12,089 nucleotides of DNA. Source: an uncultured Clostridia bacterium. GTDB taxonomy: Bacteria; Acidobacteriota; Blastocatellia; Chloracidobacteriales; JADJPF01. The translations under genes and the position numbers were made by a program. Shown in pieces: positions 7,300-12,089 of the stretch; position 1 is the first letter of the stretch; every line of letters starts with the position of its first letter. The notes beneath the pieces are model-generated. The model ran no database searches. It saw only the letters and a list, made by a program, of their open reading frames with translations, and was not told the DNA's origin. The stretch covers positions 1-12,089 of the forward strand of contig CAZBMZ010000032.1 in the NCBI GenBank assembly GCA_964492845.1. Reading direction: 5' to 3'.

Positions 7300-7329
7300 A
7301 AAAAGCCTAGTAATAACTAGGCTTTTTTA
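7300..7329. terminator. Bidirectional Rho-independent terminator between convergent genes.
   Basis: AAAAAGCCTAGT-aata-ACTAGGCTTTTT is a perfect 8-bp GC-containing stem flanked by an A-run and a T-run. It sits 1 nt after the adaptor stop and about 20 nt after the methyltransferase stop. Confidence 0.8.
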
Positions 7330-7348
7330 AGTTAATTATAAATTTTTT

Positions 7349-8407
7349 CTAAGCCTTTACAGCCATAATTACATGATCCATCCAAGAGCCATCAGGAATT
7401 TCTTTTACTTCTGCTTTAACAAAACCTGCATCATAGAGCCAAGACATAATTTGTGCTGCCGTGTAACTCTCTCCCATAGTCATATTTAAGCTAAATAGTG
7501 CTGGCAGCAAGGGTTGAGCGTCTTCATCATCTAAAAGCATTTCTTGAATTACAATTAAACCATTTGATGACATAGCTTTATAGGCTTTGCGTAACATTTT
7601 TTTACAAGTTGCTTCAGAAAAACCATGTAAAACACCAGAAATTAACATTACATCATATTCCTGGTCATAAGTATGAAAAGGAACTTGTGCTGGTTTAACG
7701 CTAACACGTTCTTTTAGACCGGAACGAGCAATAATTTCTTCAGCATAAGGAACTACTTCTGGATCATCTAAGACGGTAGCTTGTAAATTTGGATTACGTA
7801 AACAAAGAACTGCTGCATAAGTTCCGGGCCCGCCTCCAACATCGCATAAATGTTGACGACCGCTTAAGTCTAACATCTTAGCTAAAGCTTCTGCCTGACC
7901 ACTCATTGCAACATTATGAGAGCTAAGAATCCAGGCACGACTAGTTTCTTGGTCTGTTCGTTCTGTTGTTTGACTATCATTTCGCAGGCCAGTTTGAACC
8001 GTGCTAGCTAAAGTGCCAAATCTTTCCCATAGCGAGCCTAAATGCAGCAAAAAATGACCTTGGTAATGTGGTTTATATTCAACTAGATATTGTGATGCAG
8101 TAGGTGAATTACTAAAATATTTATCGCTTTTTTCTAACATCCCCATAGCAGCGCAAGCAGTTAAAAGCTTTTCTGTCCAACGGCGATTTAAGCCAAGTTT
8201 ACGTGCTAAATAATCACTTGTAGCAGGGTTATTTTCTAGCCTAGTAAAGACTCCAAGCTTAATTGCAGCTATGAGCGCGCCAGAAGCCCAAAACCCTGTA
8301 GCAATATCATAGATTTTTTTGATATCCGATTGTCTATCGTTATTGTTAGCTTCATTAGCTGATTTATTAGGTGTTTTAGTCTTGGTTTTTGATTGTGGTG
8401 AGTCCAT
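7349..8407 (-). CDS. Class I SAM-dependent O-methyltransferase (plant COMT-like family 2 with N-terminal dimerisation region), 352 aa. Carries a Lys/Thr/Asn-rich N-terminal extension.
   Basis: SAM motif LCDVGGGPGTYAAV. COMT-like downstream blocks (VLDDPEVV, ...GLIVIQEMLLDD). N-terminus MDSPQSKTKTKTPNKSANEANNNDRQSD is low-complexity. Confidence 0.85.
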   Translation of the reverse strand: MDSPQSKTKTKTPNKSANEANNNDRQSDIKKIYDIATGFWASGALIAAIKLGVFTRLENNPATSDYLARKLGLNRRWTEKLLTACAAMGMLEKSDKYFSNSPTASQYLVEYKPHYQGHFLLHLGSLWERFGTLASTVQTGLRNDSQTTERTDQETSRAWILSSHNVAMSGQAEALAKMLDLSGRQHLCDVGGGPGTYAAVLCLRNPNLQATVLDDPEVVPYAEEIIARSGLKERVSVKPAQVPFHTYDQEYDVMLISGVLHGFSEATCKKMLRKAYKAMSSNGLIVIQEMLLDDEDAQPLLPALFSLNMTMGESYTAAQIMSWLYDAGFVKAEVKEIPDGSWMDHVIMAVKA

Positions 8408-8542
8408 AATTTAGCTAGTTTGTCCCCTTGTTTAAATAATTAAAAAATGATTAAAATTCTATCACGGTTTTTTACAGAAAATAAAAGAGTTAATAACAAA
8501 TAATATAGTTTATCAAAATAAATTGTTGAGAGTAGGTTATTT

Positions 8543-10780
8543 ATGGCTAAAAAAGTTTTCTTGCTAGTAATTTGCATTTTCTGCCTTTTAACAATTATCT
8601 TTCCTACAACTAAAGCCCAAATAGAAAATTTAGAGCCTGTTGGCAGACCGTTTATTCCTCTTGAAGCTAGATTAAAAACTTCTGCACCTGCAAATATGCT
8701 TATTAGTGGCACATTATATTTTCGCTTAAAAAATGAATCTGCACTTGATGATCTTTTAAGAGAACAGCAAGCTCCTACAAGTGAAAATTATCAAAAATGG
8801 CTTACTCCAAATCAATTTGGTGAAAAGTTTGGTGCTTCAAAAGATGTTTATCAAATGGCTATTGGTTGGCTAGAAAGCTCAAATATTAGAATTACTCAAA
8901 AATGGGCAAATCGTTTAAGACTAGATTTTCAAGCTCCTGTTTCGGAACTCCAAAAAGTTTTTCAAACACAAATACAGCTATTTGAACTAGATAACCAAAT
9001 TTACTATGCAAACTCACAAGCTAGCCATTTGCCTGCTAACTTAGCTTTAGAGATTATAGATGTTAAGCTAAATAGTTTTCTTTTTACAGAACCAAGCATA
9101 AAAAGACAACCTCAAGATATTTTGCCTACTGTAATAGATCGCGGACGTTTTGCTATTGGCCCACAGGATTTACACGTTGCTTATAATTTCAGACCGCTTT
9201 TTGCTAATGGCATTGAAGGCCAAGGACAAAAAATTGGTATTATTGCTAGAAGTGATTTTGATATGTCAGATGTTAATACTTATCGAGATTTATTTAAGTT
9301 ACCTGCTGTTAACATTGTAAAAATCCCTGCTGGTGGTGAAATAATTGACCGAGGTGGGATAGAAACCTTAGAAGTCTTGCTTGACACCCAATTATCAGGC
9401 GCGGCAGCACCAAAAGCAGATATTCAAGTAGTCATAGCCGATCGAGATAGTGATATTGATCAATCCTTAGCTTATTTTCTAAATGTTTTACCTGACACAA
9501 AAATATTAAGTATTAGTTTTGGAGCTTGTGAAAAATTTTTATTTCCTCAATTTGTTGCTTTATTTAACAATCTTTATAAACAAGCTGCGGCTCAAGGTCA
9601 GACAGTCTTTGTTTCTTCGGGTGATCGCGGTGCAAATGATTGTGGTGATGGACAAAGCTTGCAAGTTAATGGACTGGCCTCAAGTCCTTTTATAGTTGGT
9701 GTTGGAGGAACATCTTTAAGAGTTGAAACTAATAGTAATGGTGATGTAACAGCTTATCAAGATGAACAAGTTTGGCAAGGTAGCGGTGGTGGAATAAGTG
9801 TAATGTTTCCACGTCCAGACTTTCAAACTTTAGCTGGAATAACTCAAACAGGTCGGACGGTTCCTGATGTTTCATTGCTAGCCGACTTTAGTCGCCCAGG
9901 TTTTTTTGTTGTTGAAAGTGGGTTTACCCGTGTTATTGGTGGAACAAGTGCCTCTGCTCCGGTTTGGGCTGGGATTTTAGCCTTAACTAACCAGTTTTCT
10001 AAAACAGATGGTTTTGGTAATGCCAATCATCGCATCTACCAACTAGGTAAACAACAAGAAATTAGTGCTAGTCCTCGTTCATTATTTTTTAATGATATTA
10101 CGGTAGGAAATAATAGCGGTGGTGGACTCGATGGTTATCAAGCACGCCCAGGTTATGATCTAGCTACAGGTTGGGGAACACCTAATGTAGACCTGTTTGC
10201 TCGCAGTCTTTCTGGTGTTCCAGATAAAACTGATGGGTTATTTTTAACTTTTCCAAATGGAGGTGAAGTTTTACCACAAGATCAAACAATCAATGTTCGC
10301 TGGATTTTATCTCAAGACCTAGCTGCTAAGGCTACAAACCAAGATTTAATGCTTTCTACAGATGAAGGAAAGACATTTCAAACCATTGCTAACAATTTAG
10401 CTGCAAACCTACGAAGTTTTGATTTTACTCCAACAAAAATAACTGCAATAGCACGCTTTCGTATTGTTGTACGTACAAACTCTAGTAGCCAAATAGTTGA
10501 CACAAGTGATGCTAACATCAATATTGGCACAAACTTACGTATAGATTTTGCTCGCTACTCAATTTTAGATAACCGCTTAGAAATAATAGGCGAAGGGCTT
10601 TCCACAAAAGTAAAATTATTTGTTAATGGTGTTTCTATTAACCGTCCAGCAAAATTAATGGAGGATTTACTTTCATTTAAGGGCAAAGAGAAAAAGTTTA
10701 AGCTTAAAAAAGGTGAAAATACCGTAGCAATAGAAATTAATGGTATACGTTCAGCTATTTACAAATTTTTTGTTTTATAG
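8543..10780 (+). CDS. Secreted S53-family (sedolisin/kumamolisin-like) serine peptidase, 745 aa: signal peptide, pro-domain, catalytic domain, and a ~195-aa C-terminal extension of unknown function.
   Basis: Signal peptide MAKKVFLLVICIFCLLTIIFPTTKA. Catalytic Ser motif GGTSASAP, SSGDRG (oxyanion Asp), and the S53 Ca-binding motif GYDLATGWGTPN. SD GAGAGTAGG upstream. Confidence 0.85.
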   Translation: MAKKVFLLVICIFCLLTIIFPTTKAQIENLEPVGRPFIPLEARLKTSAPANMLISGTLYFRLKNESALDDLLREQQAPTSENYQKWLTPNQFGEKFGASKDVYQMAIGWLESSNIRITQKWANRLRLDFQAPVSELQKVFQTQIQLFELDNQIYYANSQASHLPANLALEIIDVKLNSFLFTEPSIKRQPQDILPTVIDRGRFAIGPQDLHVAYNFRPLFANGIEGQGQKIGIIARSDFDMSDVNTYRDLFKLPAVNIVKIPAGGEIIDRGGIETLEVLLDTQLSGAAAPKADIQVVIADRDSDIDQSLAYFLNVLPDTKILSISFGACEKFLFPQFVALFNNLYKQAAAQGQTVFVSSGDRGANDCGDGQSLQVNGLASSPFIVGVGGTSLRVETNSNGDVTAYQDEQVWQGSGGGISVMFPRPDFQTLAGITQTGRTVPDVSLLADFSRPGFFVVESGFTRVIGGTSASAPVWAGILALTNQFSKTDGFGNANHRIYQLGKQQEISASPRSLFFNDITVGNNSGGGLDGYQARPGYDLATGWGTPNVDLFARSLSGVPDKTDGLFLTFPNGGEVLPQDQTINVRWILSQDLAAKATNQDLMLSTDEGKTFQTIANNLAANLRSFDFTPTKITAIARFRIVVRTNSSSQIVDTSDANINIGTNLRIDFARYSILDNRLEIIGEGLSTKVKLFVNGVSINRPAKLMEDLLSFKGKEKKFKLKKGENTVAIEINGIRSAIYKFFVL

Positions 10781-10858
10781 CTTTTAGTAAAATGAATGGG
10801 GCAAAAGAGATATTAATAAACACTTTTTAAGGTTGTACTATGTATAATCTACAAATTT

Positions 10859-10882
10859 TTAAGATTGCACTTGCAATCTTAA
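10859..10882. terminator. Strong hairpin (11-bp stem TTAAGATTGCA / TGCAATCTTAA, 2-nt loop) between convergent genes. It overlaps the stop codon of the small ORF.
   Basis: Perfect palindrome read from the sequence, preceded by TTTTT. Lacks a clear downstream U-tract on either strand. Confidence 0.5.
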
Positions 10883-11130
10883 GCTACCTTTAATGGATGA
10901 TAGAGCTTTTCAGGATCTGTCTCTGCTGGTAATGTTTCAGCAACCATATAGTCAGGTATAGATAAAATTACTATACGTCCATCATTAGTTGTTGCAGGGA
11001 TTTCCCAAGCAATACCAGTCCAAGCAGCTAATTCAAAAGATTCTGGATCATTTGGTGAACCTCTTAATCTAATCCAACATTTTGCACCAGAAGTTTTATT
11101 AGTCCCTTCTTTTCCCATAAAATTACCCAA
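10879..11130 (-). CDS. Orphan small protein (83 aa from TTG 11130, or 79 aa from ATG 11118). No recognisable family.
   Basis: Open frame with balanced, Trp-containing composition (…CWIRLRGSPNDPESFELAAWTGIAWEIP…). Bracketed by hairpins. AAAGG lies 12 nt before the ATG. Confidence 0.35.
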   Translation of the reverse strand: MGNFMGKEGTNKTSGAKCWIRLRGSPNDPESFELAAWTGIAWEIPATTNDGRIVILSIPDYMVAETLPAETDPEKLYHPLKVA

Positions 11131-11260
11131 CCTTTCGTTTTCGAGATAATTAATTGTTGCTTAACCATTGTTGGGATGCAACAGCATTTTTTTAAGTTGT
11201 GTGAGTAATATTTTAGAAAAATAGCGTAAGTATTAGATTAAGCTAGACTTTAGCTAATAA

Positions 11261-11288
11261 CTAGGGCTAAGAAAAAATTTAGCCCTAG
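11261..11288. terminator. Hairpin CTAGGGCTAA-gaaaaaat-TTAGCCCTAG (10-bp stem), 20 nt downstream of the minus-strand permease stop.
   Basis: Perfect inverted repeat. No strong U-tract follows. Confidence 0.45.
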
Positions 11289-11308
11289 TCAAAGAAAACA
11301 TAAATTTA

Positions 11309-12089
11309 TTATTCATAACGTAATGCTACTAGTGGATCAACTTTTGTAGCGCGGTAAGCAGGAATATAGCTAGCTAGCAAGGCAGTTAGAGCTAAAATTA
11401 ATGGAGCTATTATAAAAGTTATTGGATCAAAAGCACTTACACCAAATAAAAGACCTGCAAAAAGACGTGCTAAAAATAAACCGCCTATTGTCCCAAGAAC
11501 AATACCTATCATAACTAGCAACATAGCTTGGCTAAGAACTAGTTTTAGGATATCAAAGGGTTTCGCGCCTAAAGCCATACGAACGCCTATTTCTTGGGTA
11601 CGCTGATTTACAGAATAGGCTAGGATTCCATAAATTCCAACAGCAGCAAGAACTAAAGCTAACAGCCCAAACAAAACTAGTAAAATAGCACTCATACGAG
11701 CAGCCCAAAGACTTTGGCCTATTATTTCAGAAACTGTATTGATGTTTGTAAGAGGTAAATTACTATCAAGTGATTGTACTTCTGATCTAACTGTCCCTAA
11801 GATGCTTTTAGGATCTTCTTTACTTTGAACATATAAAGTTACTAAATTTGTATAACGTTGAAATATTGGGATATAGGCACAAGGATTTGGCTCTTCACCA
11901 AGAGAAACTTGTTTAGTATCCTTAACAATACCTATTACTTCAGTAAAATTGTCATCTCCAAAAAACCTAAAACGTTTTCCGATAGCATCTTGTCCGGGCC
12001 AAAAGCGTTTTACCATTGCTTCATTAATAATTGCAACACCTACAGCAGTTTCTCTATCAGTGTCATTAAAATCTCGCCCTTGCAAAATA
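11309..12089 (-). CDS. ABC transporter permease, MacB/FtsX family (C-terminal part). N-terminus lies beyond the window edge.
   Basis: MacB-type periplasmic domain residues (GQDAIGKRFRF, VIGIVKDT) followed by a hydrophobic FtsX-like four-helix region ending ...VDPLVALRYE. The frame is still open at 12089; the track's Met is a TTG. Confidence 0.85.
   Translation of the reverse strand, partial: ILQGRDFNDTDRETAVGVAIINEAMVKRFWPGQDAIGKRFRFFGDDNFTEVIGIVKDTKQVSLGEEPNPCAYIPIFQRYTNLVTLYVQSKEDPKSILGTVRSEVQSLDSNLPLTNINTVSEIIGQSLWAARMSAILLVLFGLLALVLAAVGIYGILAYSVNQRTQEIGVRMALGAKPFDILKLVLSQAMLLVMIGIVLGTIGGLFLARLFAGLLFGVSAFDPITFIIAPLILALTALLASYIPAYRATKVDPLVALRYE

Noticed and set aside
8440-8712. 90-aa minus-strand ORF
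   Set aside because: Overlaps the peptidase start and the divergent promoter region. It is antisense to the signal-peptide coding sequence.
9844-10026. 60-aa minus-strand ORF
   Set aside because: Antisense inside the S53 peptidase catalytic domain.
10833-10848. TTGTAC...TGTATAAT, a near-consensus extended -10 promoter-like element on the + strand
   Set aside because: No + strand gene follows before the window end. It would only drive antisense transcription through the hairpin. Such matches are expected by chance in 65% AT DNA.
11155-11200. Short hairpin (TGTTGC...GCAACA) followed by T7 on the + strand, terminator-like
   Set aside because: The stem is only 6 bp with a 17-nt loop, and there is no upstream + strand gene. 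More likely part of the small ORF's upstream region.
1-12089. Searched for CRISPR arrays, tRNA/rRNA genes and tandem repeats
   Set aside because: No regularly spaced direct repeats and no tRNA-like cloverleaf segments (conserved GTTC...CCA contexts) were found. Intergenic regions are short and AT-rich.

Overview
Low-GC (~35%) bacterial accessory region, in two parts.

Left third (1-~3485): a pile of nested, damaged insertion sequences.
- The 3' end of one IS256-family copy sits at the window edge.
- An IS630-family element follows. Its transposase is split into orfA/orfB around an A8 slippery run, and its 3' end is truncated by that IS256 copy.
- A GTG-start 88-aa gene remnant comes next.
- A complete IS256-family element carries a 405-aa DDE transposase.
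- An IS1-family element lies in the opposite orientation. Its zinc-finger transposase has an in-frame TAG, and its 3' end is replaced by the end of the complete IS256.

Right part (3664-10780): a compact cargo module.
- A TetR-family regulator sits 2 nt upstream of a DevCAB/MacAB-like tripartite exporter, in the order FtsX-type permease, ABC ATPase, HlyD-family membrane-fusion protein.
- A bidirectional terminator follows.
- A convergent class-I (COMT-like) O-methyltransferase carries a Lys/Thr-rich N-terminal extension.
- A divergently transcribed secreted S53 (sedolisin-like) pre-pro-peptidase carries a ~195-aa C-terminal extension.

Right edge: an orphan small ORF bracketed by hairpins, then a second MacB/FtsX-type permease truncated by the window edge.

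No CRISPR, rRNA or tRNA was seen.

Most unusual sequence-level signal: abrupt intragenic switches in synonymous codon choice inside the IS transposase genes (Ile ATA replaced by ATT). This suggests mosaic or recombinant IS copies.
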